A stretch of 54,358 bases of DNA, the filler included, from Diploschistes diacapsis (taxonomy: Eukaryota), in assembly GCA_023645945.1 (NCBI GenBank). It is 4 parts of 4 records of this genome, joined end to end, with 100 filler letters (N's around TTAATTAATTAA, not from the genome) between each part and the next. Parts side by side here need not be neighbours in the genome. Positions count along the whole stretch, not along the records: positions 27,247 to 40,762 come from JALAIB010000654.1; positions 40,863 to 54,358 come from JALAIB010000655.1; 2 more parts are not named here. One strand, given 5' to 3'. Positions 38,101 to 50,505 of the stretch are shown here, piece by piece. A program made the position numbers and the translations under genes. How positions within the stretch are numbered: position 1 is the first letter of the stretch; each line of letters opens with the position of its first letter. The notes under the pieces were generated by a model. It was not told where the DNA came from and searched no databases. It saw only the letters and a program-made list of their open reading frames with translations.

Positions 38101-39849
38101 AGCAGGAGGACATCCAAGCAGAGATTCAGAGGGGCAACGAAGGCAGGACGGCGCTTATGACTGAGCTAAGCGAACTACTCAAAGCTCTTGAGGCTGATAA
38201 AGATGTAGAGCAGTCAAAAGAGGCCAAGAAAGAAGATGAGAAGAGTTTGCGAGAGGCAGAATCAGGTTGGTACCTTTATACTTAGTGACTCTTCATTATT
38301 CTATCCTGATATCGATGTTTGCTGACACTTTTGGCTGTGGTATAGTGCCTCGAACTGGAGACGAACCTGCTTCTGGCGCAAGAGCATTTGAGCCTAGCCC
38401 GCTTCCTTCGAAGATCACAATTCCCAGTGATTCGAACGTCGAAAGCAAAGCCGCTCTTCCTACTCCTCAGACTGCCAAAACGGATCTATCCGTAGACATA
38501 ATGGATATCGCAAGCTCCAGCGAAGATGAAGGCCAAATCATTGAATCCTCACACAGTCCGTCGAGAGTCTCTCGCGACCTATCCCCGGCGCACTCTCAGA
38601 CTGACGTTGACTACGAGCCCCGCTCCGTCCGGAGTGAGGAGAGTATAGACGACTATGAACCAGCCGCTCCTGACCAAGATCTAGCGCCTGAAACCATGCA
38701 TCACAGCACATCCCGAACTTCTCCGGAAGACACTGACATGAAAGGAAACGAAGACTACGAACCAAGTCTCGAAATAGAGGTAATATCTCCTGCATCTGCA
38801 CCACCACCTACGTCTCCTTCAAATACTCTACCCCCCATGAGTGCAAATCGTGTTCCTTCAACAATTGGATTGGAGCCATCTGATCAAGGTAATGTTGATG
38901 ATTCAACTCGAAGCGCTGCCGACCAAACACCTCTGTCCCACAGTAGTCTACAGGAAGAGGGTGAGGCTACTGAAGAGGAGGAAGACTCAAACGACTACGA
39001 GCCTCCAGAAGTCTCCAACCCTGTAATGTCTACCAGCTTTGATGCTTCAAAAGATGCAACTCAAGTGACTGAGCTTTCGGGGCTTGTCCAAGAGTCCAAC
39101 GCCATGGATTTAGATGCTGAGCCTCACAGGTCTACCGATGCAGGGGCAAACGCTGTTGGTGATTTAATAGCCAATGCTTCCGAAACCGAAGCAAGCGAAG
39201 AGCATGCTGTAAGCTTATTGATCTTAGATGGGCCAACAGCTAACCGAGTACCAGCCTCAACACCTTGCTACCGGCTTGTTTAATCACTTTACTCCGTACC
39301 AGAGTCCGTTGCACCAATTTAAGTCCTACCGTTTCCACCCAAAGTACGTTGAAGATGTTCCAGGTGGTTTCCACTCCTTAACCTTCAACCACAAAATCAA
39401 CCCTAACGAGACGTTATGCCGATGGGAGCTTGCCGGTGGTATCTGCAGCGATTCATCGTGCGAGTACCAGCATTTCAGAGATCTCCCTTTAACTGGTATG
39501 GATTGAGGGTCTCTGACCGAACTTTCATCTCCAACTCTAAGTTGTCTGCGATGTCATGTAATTCTTTTACTTTGTCAGTTCTGTTTCTGCTGTATCAGTT
39601 CCTCGCCCTGTTCAAGCCGCTAATTCAAAACTTCTAACCACTACAGATAACAACCTTCTGCTAGAGCTTGGCTCCGTACATGAAGGCGCTACAAGGGAAG
39701 AGAAGGAAGCTTACATTGCCGGCTTGAAACAAATGATTGCAGGAATGCGCGACAAGAACCTCAGGGACGTAACGACCATCGCCTCAGAGATTGTAGCATA
39801 CCGATCCCGGTTTCTGAAAGACCCTTCTAGGGTGCTCACCAACGTATGA
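35164..39849 (+). CDS. Red1/ZFC3H1-like zf-C3H1 protein (MTREC/NURS-type exosome adaptor)
   Basis: P/Q-rich N-terminus, RKDYIARLLAAK motif, coiled coil, C-terminal FTPYQSPL..FKSYRFHP..GGFHSLTF..KI....LCRWELAGGICSDSSCEYQHFRD. Last exon ends ...FLKDPSRVLTNV*. Five exons. Confidence 0.83.
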
Positions 39850-40145
39850 GGCCTTGTAGTTCTGCCGCCTTATTCAGGTATGCCGCTGCCGCCACCAGTT
39901 ATGCTCGTCGCACAATACTTGCAAAAGAGTTTGGCGACTTCATGCCCATGTTACGACATTTGTTGTTTACCCCAGCTCCAACCTTGCTTCGCCTGTTGAT
40001 TAACGGGTGCTGCTTCTTTCCTTTTGTTCCTCTGAATATCTGTACTATATCTGCATCTGCGTGCCTTTTCTTTCGGCCACGGAGGAGTTGCATACTGGTC
40101 AGAGTTTTCCACCTTCTCGACCAGTCTGTGTCTGGGCTCAAAGGA

Positions 40146-40174
40146 TGACAGGCGCAGGACAGGCGCAGGACAGG
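40146..40174. repeat. 11-bp tandem repeat GACAGGCGCAG, about 2.5 copies
   Basis: gacaggcgcag gacaggcgcag gacagga. Confidence 0.7.
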
Positions 40175-40390
40175 ACTGTACGCTATCATTGGGCATATTC
40201 GGACCTACAGGATGGATAGTAAGAGGAGGGCAGGAGATGGAAGAAGATCTGCATGACCTGTAAGCGAGAACTTCGGATATCATCTAGCTTTAGCCAGCAG
40301 CAACCTTGCTCTTGTTTCAAACATGCCTAATACAACTTCTACCACCACTGATATGTTCCGTTGTTATGTTAGGTGATTCGGGGTGTTGTA

Positions 40391-40762
40391 CAGTACTAGG
40401 CCAAAAGTAGTTAGGTCCACCATAAGCGGTAGTAAATAAACATTCAACTCTTGCTATTATTCTTCTAATTATGCCACCACAACGCCGTTTGAAGCTCTTC
40501 GAGCGTTCGGAGCTCCTCGGCGCTTTCTATAACGGTAATATTCTTAAAGATGCTATTTAAAAGTTCAATATTCCTTATTTTATAGTTTAATATACCAAAA
40601 AGAAAGCTTTAGAACGCGATAATAAGTAATATAATCTCGATCGTTTAGAACGATCTCGAATTATTATTAAAAATTAAAAAAATAGGCTCTATCGACGCGC
40701 TAAGAGATAATTAAATATATAATGATAAGAATTATTCGAAATAATGTTTACTAATAGAAATA
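40391..40762 (+). mobile_element. Left end of a Tc1/mariner DNA transposon, RIP-degraded, truncated by the contig end
   Basis: TA (40389-90) followed by CAGTACTAGGCCAAAAGTAG...TCCAC, a Tc1-type TIR start. ATG 40471 opens MPPQRRLKLFERSELLGAF...*KFNIPYFIV*YTKKKALER...DRLERSRII, a decayed paired-like HTH plus an inferred GRPR motif. Multiple TAA stops and high AT content. Confidence 0.8.
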
Positions 40763-40862
40763 NNNNNNNNNNNNNNNNNNNNNNNNNNNNNNNNNNNNNN
40801 NNNNNNTTAATTAATTAANNNNNNNNNNNNNNNNNNNNNNNNNNNNNNNNNNNNNNNNNNNN
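40763..40862. other. Artificial contig spacer
   Basis: 44 N + TTAATTAATTAA + 44 N. Confidence 0.98.
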
Positions 40863-42044
40863 CCCCCAATGAGGTTGACAGCAAATAATTGAGTAACGAG
40901 ATGTGGAGCCCCCCTTGACTTCTTTTGCAAATTGGGCCCTCGGACCCGTAGAAGCTTTGCCGGCGCCTGCGCACACACTAAAGATGCACGATCCTGATCA
41001 CTCATATAGAGAGAGTGTAGAGAAGTAAAAAGGCGAGCTTTGCATTTATTTGGTGTTTCCACTGGCAACACGGACTGGTCCACCCACAGGTCGTCGGCGT
41101 CATTCTCCCACCACGGGATCGATCCACTTGGACACAGTACTAGACTGGATAATAATACTAGTATCCAGCTGTTTCGCCTTTCAAGGTTAGTAAGCTAATT
41201 TCCGCACAATTAAATAACCCCCAACTAAATCAAAAGATCAAAGCCATTTAGGGGAGGGAAAGAGTAAATTGTATCATATCATTCATTCACTGGCCATTCG
41301 CTTACGTTAATTAACTAGGTGAAATGCCAAGAGTGGCCACCTCCGCCCCAGTCCCAACGTCTGTCTCACGTCTCACGTCTCAAGCAGGGTAGATACAACG
41401 TTTTAATGAAGATCTATAATTCTCGCCTTCCCATCCTTCCACCTGAACCGCACCTGAGTCGCATTCTAGAGTTCTGCTTGCTAACCAATCTAATAATCCC
41501 ACTTTGTTCCACTCAAAGTATTTTATACCATTGTTTGCCTTTCCAAATGAGCATCTCACCTACGCTTGTCCCTCCTGCTCTCATGCCGTTAGAGCGTCCT
41601 GAGCCATGCACCGTTGCTGGAGGGGAGACTGATGCCTTTCCTTAGTGCATTCAAACCACAGCCGCGTTTGGGGCGGAATGGAGCTCTCTCAAGGAAGGGC
41701 AGTGCCAGACAGATCCTCAAAAGTACCTGGTATGTGGATCAAACGTCCACAGGTCGTACTCTACCATTCTGCAGGCGTCCGACGTCATCATCACCACAAC
41801 GCCACCATGTTGAGCGGCCTTATGTGCATTGCCGTTGAACAGCCACAGCTCGCTGCTGCATGGGCTTGCTGCTATTTCTCGTGACCAGCATGCTCACGGC
41901 CCGATGAGCCACAGTCTGGAGTCAATCTCGGTATGCGATGATTGGCCAGTGCAAGAGTCCCTTCCAGACATGAAAGGGCAGGGCACAGTTGCATCTTTGC
42001 TCTTGAATCGAATATTCTCGCTCCTCGTCTTGCTCTGACGAGAT

Positions 42045-44149
42045 CTAGTTGGCCGTGCCCGGCAGTAAGTCTGGCATTGGATGATCCTTCATTCTATGGG
42101 CCAGCTGCAGGTTTGACTTCATATCTGTTCCTAGCGCCCGCGCACTGATTTCCTTGTACCGATCATCAATAAGCTTGCTGTACTTGCTCTGGCTTATATC
42201 GGCGCCGAGGCGACCAAAGAGAGGCCGCAGCATGCTGTATCGCTCGTAAAGTCTGCTCGCGGCGGCCAGAATGAGCTCCAGGTTATCCTTGCTTTGCTCC
42301 TCCGTGAAAGGCGCGTCTCCTACCCTCAAGTACGCATGTGCTGCCATGAACATGGCAAAACCTGCGAAAGGATGGAACTGAAATAGTGAGCCTTGCTTTG
42401 TGCGTGTCGGGAGACTTGACATACCTTGGAGATGCCTATATGCGTAATCAGCTTGAGGCAGTTCACCACTTCTTCTGCGGCCACGAAACAGTGTTGCAAA
42501 CACCTCCTACGAACTACCTGGTCCGTGGCCTGATCCAGTTTCGCCATTGTTGCCAAGTGCAGCGAGATCGTGGCTCCATTCAAAGTCATGTGCAAGTGCA
42601 TTACGTAAGGGTCTTGTAGATTATTGAGAAGTTGCAGATGTGACGGAAGTGTGAGGAGGAGCATCGATATCGTCTTGTCCATGTGCTTATACTGTGCCAA
42701 AGGCGAATCCTCTTGGCCCTTGCACTCATCAGTACTTTGCCCACGGCGATGGAAATACGCCATGTTTTGTCCGATGTTCAAGTTCATTACGCACTGCGCT
42801 GCAAAGTACGAGGTCTGCTCATTGAACCCCTTGTTGATAGCATTGTTCAATGTGTCTGTCTGCTCTTCGATCCCTTCCTGGAACGCCTTCTCAGACGCCG
42901 GCAGGTTGGTGGCGACCTTTAAAACATCAGCCAATGGGTAAGGAACAGTCAACTTGACGGTATTTACCTGCTTTTCGTCGAAAGCCGACAGCCATCCAAG
43001 GCCAGCTGCCGCCCACCTTTCATTACAGAAAGCCGCCCAGAAGGTCCGGCGACGCTCTTCTTGCTCAATCCAGTCGGCAGACGGAGGAAGTAGTTTTTTT
43101 GTTCTCGACTCCCCTGCATCTAAGCGGTCGAGTCCAAACATCTGACACATGGCGCTTGCTCGACGAGTATTCATGGTAGCACGCAGGACTGAGTGATTCA
43201 TCGAATCACACCACGTCAGCAGAACCCAGCTCTGACAGTGCGCGAGGCTGACATAATTTTCCCCGTGGCCCTTCGCTGCAGTCAGTCCCAATTCCTGCCG
43301 AAGCGTAAGGGTCATTCACAAACATCTCGTCCTCATCAAGACAAGCACGCGCCTTGCGGTAGAATCCATCTATCTTATCTCGGAACTCGGTACTCCAGAG
43401 AGCCCCCACCGCCCAGACGGCATACCGAAGACACATAGGAGGCTCCCCCTGCAGGAACCTCTCCTTGTGAATTATTGGTCCAAAAGGGTGGGCATACTGG
43501 AAATAGATGTCTATTCTAGAAGACAGGATAAGCAATTGGCACCTTTTCAATTTCGTGATGATGCATACAAAGCTTGACTGTCCCGTGGCGAAGGCGTATC
43601 TGCCACCACTGGAAGGTCTCCGAAGTTTACCCCGCTAAAGTCAAACCCAAAGATGTCGAAGTCCGGAAAGGAAAAGGGGGTCGGTGGACCGCCCGATGCC
43701 AGGCCGGCTGAGGTGTCCCCACCCTCTGCCGAATGGGAGAGAAAGGCGTTGTTCTCCAGAGAATTCGAGCAAAAGTGGACCGGTTGCTGTTCCCGCCCTT
43801 GCGATGGCAAATCCAACGTACTTGCGATTTGTTTCTCATTGATAGTAAAGGCGTCTAACAGATCCGGCGCTTCAGATTGAGTCGATATGGGAGCCTCAAC
43901 CCTAATCCCGCGCTCGAGATACTCTGAACTCGGGTCTCAGCACACCACCTCACCAAGCAACTGCTCCAAGGCAAACCAAGTCGACTTACCAAGTCTTTCC
44001 TCGAGCGCTTTCAAGTCCCTCTTCTTTGGCCCCCTCTTCTTGGGTTGAACATCGTACACGCACTCACGGCCCGTTTTTGTGCACGTGGAGCAAACAGGGA
44101 GGGTTTTGCTACACTTCAATTTCCGCCGCCGACAGTTCAGGCAAGCCAT
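42045..44149 (-). CDS. Zn(II)2Cys6 transcription factor with fungal-specific middle homology domain (true start possibly further upstream)
   Basis: ACLNCRRRKLKCSKTLPVCSTCTKTGRECVY, KKRGPKK, IYFQYAHPFGPIIHKERF, DWIEQEERRRTFWAAF. At least 6 exons. A splice acceptor near 44187 and a donor at 44239 suggest an extra 5' exon. Confidence 0.9.
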
Positions 44150-45915
44150 ATTTGCCCGGTTCCTTTGTCCTTTGCAGGGATTACTATAGGATTAAGGAGG
44201 AAGGATATCGATTTTCCCGAAATGAGACACAGTCAGTACCTCTCCGAAAAGGGGCCGGGTTCTTCGGCCTTTTGATACCCAAGCGCCCTTTTTGGATCTT
44301 CCGAATAGAAATGCAAACCAAAAGACGGCCCCGGAAAAAAGGTATGAAATTTAAAAAAATTCTCCTGTGTTAGATTCGGAGGACAAAAGGTAGGCCGCAG
44401 AGGGGGAATTTGTCTCGTATATTCATACCCCGTCAACCTCGGACAAATTACGCCTGTATTTACCCGAGGGCCCGAGGGGACAGAACGTTCGGAGTTTCGT
44501 ACGGCCCGCGGCCCGAAATGGCCCCCCTTTCCTTCCCTCCCGTCAAGGACCGCATTATGCCATTCAAAGGACTTGAAAGAGAAGAAAGGACCGGGGGCAG
44601 TGCATTTCAAAAAAGAGCGTCAACATAATAGTTTTAACAGTCAGGCAGTAGTTTCCCAACTTCCTTTCCATCGTACGATCATAGTGGAGATACATATATA
44701 TATGTAGCTCTGAACCTTTCGAAGTTCTCAAGACGTTGATTGAAATACCACCAGCCTTGGAAACAAAGGAGAACTACTCTCGAAGGCACATCGGGGGGCG
44801 ATAGCATCGACCGCCGGCAAGCACCACGTCATAATAAAAATATTAATATTAATATAAGAGTAAATTGTGTAATGCTCGTTGGATTCTGTGATGTTGGTGT
44901 CGACCCCTTTCCCGTGTTGAGTCGACATTATGGCTATATAGCTATGTTGATATTGTATCAAGGGTGGAAGGGGTGGGATGCTGTAAGACTGGGGAGGGGC
45001 ACTTAATTAGAGTAGGTGCATGAGGTAATGGCTATGGAGAGGACATACCTTCGAAGCCAGGTGCCCGTTAAGAAGAATGGACTTTGCTTGCGCGCGAAAT
45101 CGGACAAGACGTTGAAGATAATCAATCGACTGTAGGTACGTGTAGATGCTGTTTCCGAAGTGCATGCGGGTTTCGGAAAGGGAAAAAAAATGTATATACT
45201 ATATGGGGGCGAGGTAAATGGATGCTCTTATCGAATTACCTGTTTCAGCTACGGACAGGCGTTGAACCTTTACTAGGTAGTAATTCTCGCTTCGTTCCTT
45301 CCTAGGGCTACTGCTATACAGAGAACACGAACGAGTATGGTATACTATTCTCTCCAACACACTCGTATGCGGTCAGGCGCACTTATCCATGCCCTTACAC
45401 GCTGCTACGGTGAAGCATGCTGGTTTACCCCACAGCTTCCTCCGCAGCAACCAGCCAACCAGCAGCAGATCGATCGACGCACGAAACAAAGACAAGGTAT
45501 CCCGCCCTGACGTGCAGCGTCTGCTCATGCGTGTTACCGAGACGCTAGGTCCGATCACCGAAAATCTTCCTGCCAGGTCCGCCATCTGTACGTGAGGGTG
45601 GTTCATGCCAGCTTCCGCCCTTTGGGCTTGCAGCTGCTGCCACTCCCTAACCGGTAAATGCGACAGCAATTGTTCATCTGTAGGTCTCCGTAGTGTTCAC
45701 GCTACCGGACCCACTTACTCAACACTCCTGAACGCCTTGCTTTGACCGACTGTTAAAAAAAGGATGCAGTTAAACCGGCTGAAGCGCGCGAGGCGCTCGA
45801 GTATCCCAACTGCGCTGACGGAAACAATGATGAAGATAGGTATTACAAAGGATGAGCGCCGTCTGTCTTGGGAAAGACCAACATGCTGAAAGGGATGCAT
45901 ATCGAGGCGTAAAAC

Positions 45916-47191
45916 TCATACGCTTCCGCCTTCAAGCTTAGCTCTTACACTCTTCTGCCCCGACAACGTTGCGGCCTTCAAATACTCGAAGGTCAGAATA
46001 GTTGTCATGGCCGATGGCACGGCTCGTATAAGATTTGTGCCGAGTCCAGCATAGAAGCCACGCCAGCCTTCCTCAACCAATATGGCTTTGCAGGTCTGGA
46101 CGGTGCCTCGATAACGAAGCCGGTTGACCATGCCATCTGAAGATGCGCCCCCAGGTGGCCGGCTTCGGTTGTTGCCATAGCCCTGTTCACTTGTGCCCCG
46201 GAAGGCAAGGTTCTCGGGCGAATGCTCCGGATACCATCGCTGCTGGGTCTGAAGCCTTGTGCGCACGACCTCATGCGGATATGTTGCTGTGCTTGCAATA
46301 ACCTTGCTTAGAAAGACGGCGAAGGAGAGGCCAAAGAAGTGCCTGCTTCGATCTTTTTCAGCGTGCTGGGTGTCAGGTCCAAGATTTGTGAACTTGGCCT
46401 TGAAGATCTCGTACAGAGGGAACTGGACAGCTACGTGCGAGAGACCTATCAGAGCGGGTGTCAAGCCGGAATAAAACGATCGAAATCCCTCGGTCCTGTA
46501 CATCTTCATTGCAGCGTCCCAAGTGTTGTGATATTGCCAAGGCGCCTTTGCACGCGATGAGGATCTAGAGCTAGACTGGGACATGAGTCGAGTTTTGATC
46601 ACCCATATTGGATTTGTTGCTAGCGTAGAACATGTGCCGGCCAACAAAGAGGAACAGAAGTTAGCGAGAAACTTGTGATCTAGAAGTTATCAGTGAGGAA
46701 GATCTCTCAACCGTATCAAAGTCCATATGCTCACCCGTTTTGGTATTGAAGTACAGTTGACCCTTGTTGTAAACCGTAAGGTAGACTGCCCAAGTTGGTA
46801 CATATCCCAGCAGCAGTGGCCCCAGCCCTCTGTAGAGACCCCTGACTCCTTCTTCGGTCCATATTGTAGCAGCAGTCCCTCTTACACCGCGGTAAAGTTT
46901 TGATCTCGCCGCAGAGCTTTCCGTTTCCCGTGTTCGCCTAAACCCACCCTGTGCCTGAAGTTTGGTTTTGATCACATCGAAGGGACAGCTCACAATGGCC
47001 GATGCAGCACCAGCCAAGCCGCCGCAGATGGTAAGTAAATTTGACTCAGGTATCCATAACAGTGACCGTTCATAGCGAGTAAGCGCGGAGTGTGAGCCGA
47101 TTGAGGCGGAGGTTGAGTCGGACATCATAACACCATCATGTGAAGATATTGGGGAGCTTGGTCGGAGGAAGCTCTCTGTCATGCTCGGCAT
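45916..47191 (-). CDS. Mitochondrial carrier, NAD+ transporter Ndt1/Ndt2-like
   Basis: Three PxD/ExxKxR repeats: CPFDVIKTKLQAQGG, NPIWVIKTRLM (W variant typical of NAD/folate carriers) and YPHEVVRTRLQ. GYVPTWAVY also present. One intron. Confidence 0.9.
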
Positions 47192-47826
47192 TATGGATAG
47201 TAATGATTCTTAGGTTTTAGAATAGCATATTCGGCGGGAAACATCAAGGCATATTGAGTTTCTAAGGAGTTGCTGAGCCGAAGGGAAATTGGCAGAGCGT
47301 GCGGGGTCTTTCTGCTGAGATACTAGAGACAGCTCCCGGGTTAGCGGTCCATGTTAATTGAACACATTCTGAATAGGGGCTCTTGAGTATTGAATGCCAG
47401 TAGACATTTTCTGACTTGTCACAGGATGTCAAGTAAGCTTAAAGACTCGTTAGGTTGAGAAGGGAGAAAGCAACGGTGCGGTGCGTCAAAACACAAAGCT
47501 CAGATACGTCAGATATACGACGGACAGGCGGGACTCACACAGATTTTGTCTACAACCTTCAGCCGTGTCCAACTGTTAGACCGTCTCACCTCGTTTAGGG
47601 CCTTAGTCCTTGCTTTTTCGCCCTGATCCCCACAGAAACTAAACAGGGCGTACTAACAGTTGGAAACGGCTGGAGGTTCTCTCTTAAGAGCTGTTTGCAG
47701 TGTGCCAAGAATTCCCGACTTGGAGCTAAATCTGGGACCTTATTACTTTAATCAAATTGCCCGTTTACACGAATGAAAGCACAGACTAATCAACCACTTA
47801 CCTCCCTTCCACTCTATTGAACAATC

Positions 47827-48396
47827 ATGTCCTCGCCATCCGTCGCCAAGTTCATTGTGAAGCGTCCCTGGCTGAAGAACTGGATGATGCCGCTCGCAAA
47901 ATGGTACAGGGATGCTGCTGGGTACAGAAAGCTAGGCCTGAAGTAAGAGCATGAAGGCTGGCTCGAGCTGTTGATCGAGACACAATAGCCGAGCATGTGG
48001 AGGAAACTGCCATTGATACAATTCACAGGGCTGATGATTTGATACCCGAAGAGAACGACACCGTCCTGCTCGCCCTGAAGCGGCTGCCACCCAAAGAAGC
48101 GTACGACCGAGTCTACCGGCTGCGACGAGCCTTCCAGGTATGGGTTAACGCGCATCGCTTTTCGTCGGCTCTGTGCTTAGATTTCGAAGTGCTCCCTGAC
48201 TCATCATCTGCTACCGCCAGACCAGCAGACGAAGCCAGAAGAGGTACGAAAATTCGACACTCCTTGGTTCCTTGATGCGACTAACCTTCTACTCTAGGAC
48301 AGGCTATATCTTACGCCATTAATCAAGGAGATAGAGGCCGAGAAGAAGGAACGGGAAGACCTCGAGGTTATGGTACCCAAGAAGAAGACAGCTTAG
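47827..48396 (+). CDS. QCR7: Cytochrome bc1 complex subunit 7
   Basis: [16 protein letters not shown]...[10 protein letters not shown] / [10 protein letters not shown]...[21 protein letters not shown] / [18 protein letters not shown] / [23 protein letters not shown]. Four exons. Confidence 0.96.
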
Positions 48397-48576
48397 TTTC
48401 AGTCGGCAGAAGGTGAAGCGAGCAAAACATCGATATTTGTACAGAGCCGCCTTTGCGGCAATCGACTTTTCCCATAGAGTGTATCCATAGCGTTCAATCA
48501 AGCAGATTCCAAGTGTTTTCCACATAGCAGAAATATTATTTGTCGCGCTATTTCACTGGCGATGCGATCGCTAAAT

Positions 48577-49836
48577 TTATCGCTTGTTCTGGATGGCATC
48601 TACATTTACATCTGCAACTCGCCACATATACCACATAAACAAAGACCTGAGCAGAGGATAAGAGTCGTGAAGCAGCCTGGGAGTCTTCAACTTACCTATA
48701 AGGTGCGAATGGCGCAGCGATCTCTAACATCTCTTTCTCGTTCATGTACTTCCATTTCCCACCGCCCTTGGCTTTCAGCTTATTAACATCCCTACCAACA
48801 AAAGCGGCCATGCCTCGTCTAGTGATTGTGAGCAATGGGACTGAGAGCGAGGCATCCTAACTTACTGCACGCCCAAATCGCCAGTGGAGAAGACGTCCAT
48901 TCTTTTCAGGTTGAAGCAAGCAAACATTTCTACGCTCCACAGGCCCAAGCCTCTCACTGCAGTCAGCTTTTGGACCAGCTCCTCGTAGCTGGCATCGATT
49001 AGTATCTTTGCACTGAGCTCTCCGCTCGCAAATCTCTCTGCCAGACCCTGGATGTACTCTGCTTTCCGTTGTGACAAGCCAGCTTGCCTTAAGAACGTCA
49101 CGTCACTTGCAGCCACAACAGCGGGAGAGGGAAACCCCCATGTTTCCTCCTCGCCTTCCAAAGGCTCTTCATTAAAAAGACGAATAAACTTCTTCTCGAT
49201 AGCCGCAGCTGCAGCACCGGAGACTTGCTGAGACATGATTCCGGTGCAAAGGGTCCTGAAGGGATCCAAAGGTTCGGCAAGCCCTTCTGGAGAAAACATT
49301 TGGCAATAATGCTTCTGAATGAGTTGCTCTAGGCGACCATCTATCTTCAAAAGATGATTGCAAGCATCCTGAAGCAAGCTGCCAGTGGTCGTAGTAGCTC
49401 GAGGCACGCCTGTTTTCGACGGTGATACATCGGCAGTCTCTCTTGTATATGCTACTAACTTCGATCCGCCTGGAGTGATTAGCGGTGCATTTGTCACATG
49501 AGGCTCTGCAGGCCGTTCGATAGCCGGAGTGGACGGTAAAGCGTCATCGACGTCGCCAGAGGTATGAAGGCCAACAATGTTCGTTAAAGGCGCCGTTACT
49601 CCCCCGTTCTTCTTCACTCGCTTGGGTGGGGGCGTGGCAGGTGGTGCCATAGTGTGCTTAGCAGATAGTATTGATACATCTTGTTTGCTTGCGCCCTTTT
49701 TTTGATCCTTTACTAGAGTCTTCGACAGCTTAGGCTTCGCCTTGGACTTTGATGGCACAGTAGTGACTTGACTAGGAGCTCCAGGTACATCATCAAGTGA
49801 TTTGCGTGAAGAACTCCTGGTGATTCTTGTAGACAT
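48577..49836 (-). CDS. MAG1: DNA-3-methyladenine glycosylase (HhH-GPD)
   Basis: IMSQQVSGAAA, LRQAGLSQRKAEYI, LTAVRGLGLWSVEMF, DVFSTGDLGVQ / RGMAAF...FAPYR / SLFMWYMWRV. Three exons. Confidence 0.93.
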
Positions 49837-50199
49837 TCGTAATTGACTTGTGCGGTGAAATGCTTTGCGCATTAACCTAGACAATTGTGCAATAAGAGTC
49901 TGTTATGCTCACAGGTTGTAAGGAAGCCGCCTTGGTAACTTTCGTGACTGACTCGAATTGGGCACCACAAGCCTGTGTCCTGCTAAGTTTGATCGTTGAA
50001 GGTTTATTGAATACTAATATAGGTCCGTAGCAAAGTAGGTACCAAGATAGAAGCTCAAGGCTTCCACTCAAGCTATGTTAAGCTGACATTTTGCTGACTC
50101 AGCGAAGATTGGCCAATAGCAAAGCGATAGTAAGTCGATGGGGATAGCAACAAGCCAGCCATATCCACGAGTTGCACGAAGATACTGTCAATCGGAAAC

Positions 50200-50505
50200 T
50201 CAGTCTTTCCTGTTATATTTAGCTTTGGCGAGTCGATCACCCTCCATTTGCTGCTTTGCTTCCCCCATGAGCTCTGCTGCAACGCCTTGGTCGCCGCTTG
50301 GCGCTTTCAATACTCCGTGTCGGCGTAGATTCTCGTTCTGCCAATTGATCTGGCCGCCATCAGCTTGCCTGTGCATCTGAGCGTTTCGTTTGGCTGCTTG
50401 TATCGAAACCCAGCTGTAGACATAGAGTAGGCCTGCCATAGTAAAGGCAGCTATAGGTGCAACGATGGTTCTGGAGTTGACTTTGATGTTCCCTATACGA
50501 GGCAT
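50200..50505 (-). CDS. Small single-TM hypothetical protein (101 aa)
   Basis: Intronless ORF with hydrophobic IVAPIAAFTMAGLLYVYSWVSI, then AAKRNAQMHRQADGGQINWQNENLRRHG. Resembles a conserved fungal hypothetical as recalled. Confidence 0.75.
   Translation of the reverse strand: MPRIGNIKVNSRTIVAPIAAFTMAGLLYVYSWVSIQAAKRNAQMHRQADGGQINWQNENLRRHGVLKAPSGDQGVAAELMGEAKQQMEGDRLAKAKYNRKD

Noticed and set aside
41135..41170. CAGTACTAG match to the Tc1 TIR start plus a 7-bp CTGGATA/TATCCAG stem
   Set aside because: Only 9 bp, same orientation as the left end, not preceded by TA, and on a different contig.
35164..44149. Red1-like gene, transposon and transcription factor as a silencing or defence locus
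   Set aside because: The transcription factor is across an artificial spacer, and Red1-transposon adjacency has no support beyond proximity.
45373..45900. Short ORFs downstream of the mitochondrial carrier
   Set aside because: No consistent spliced model or recognisable motif could be built.
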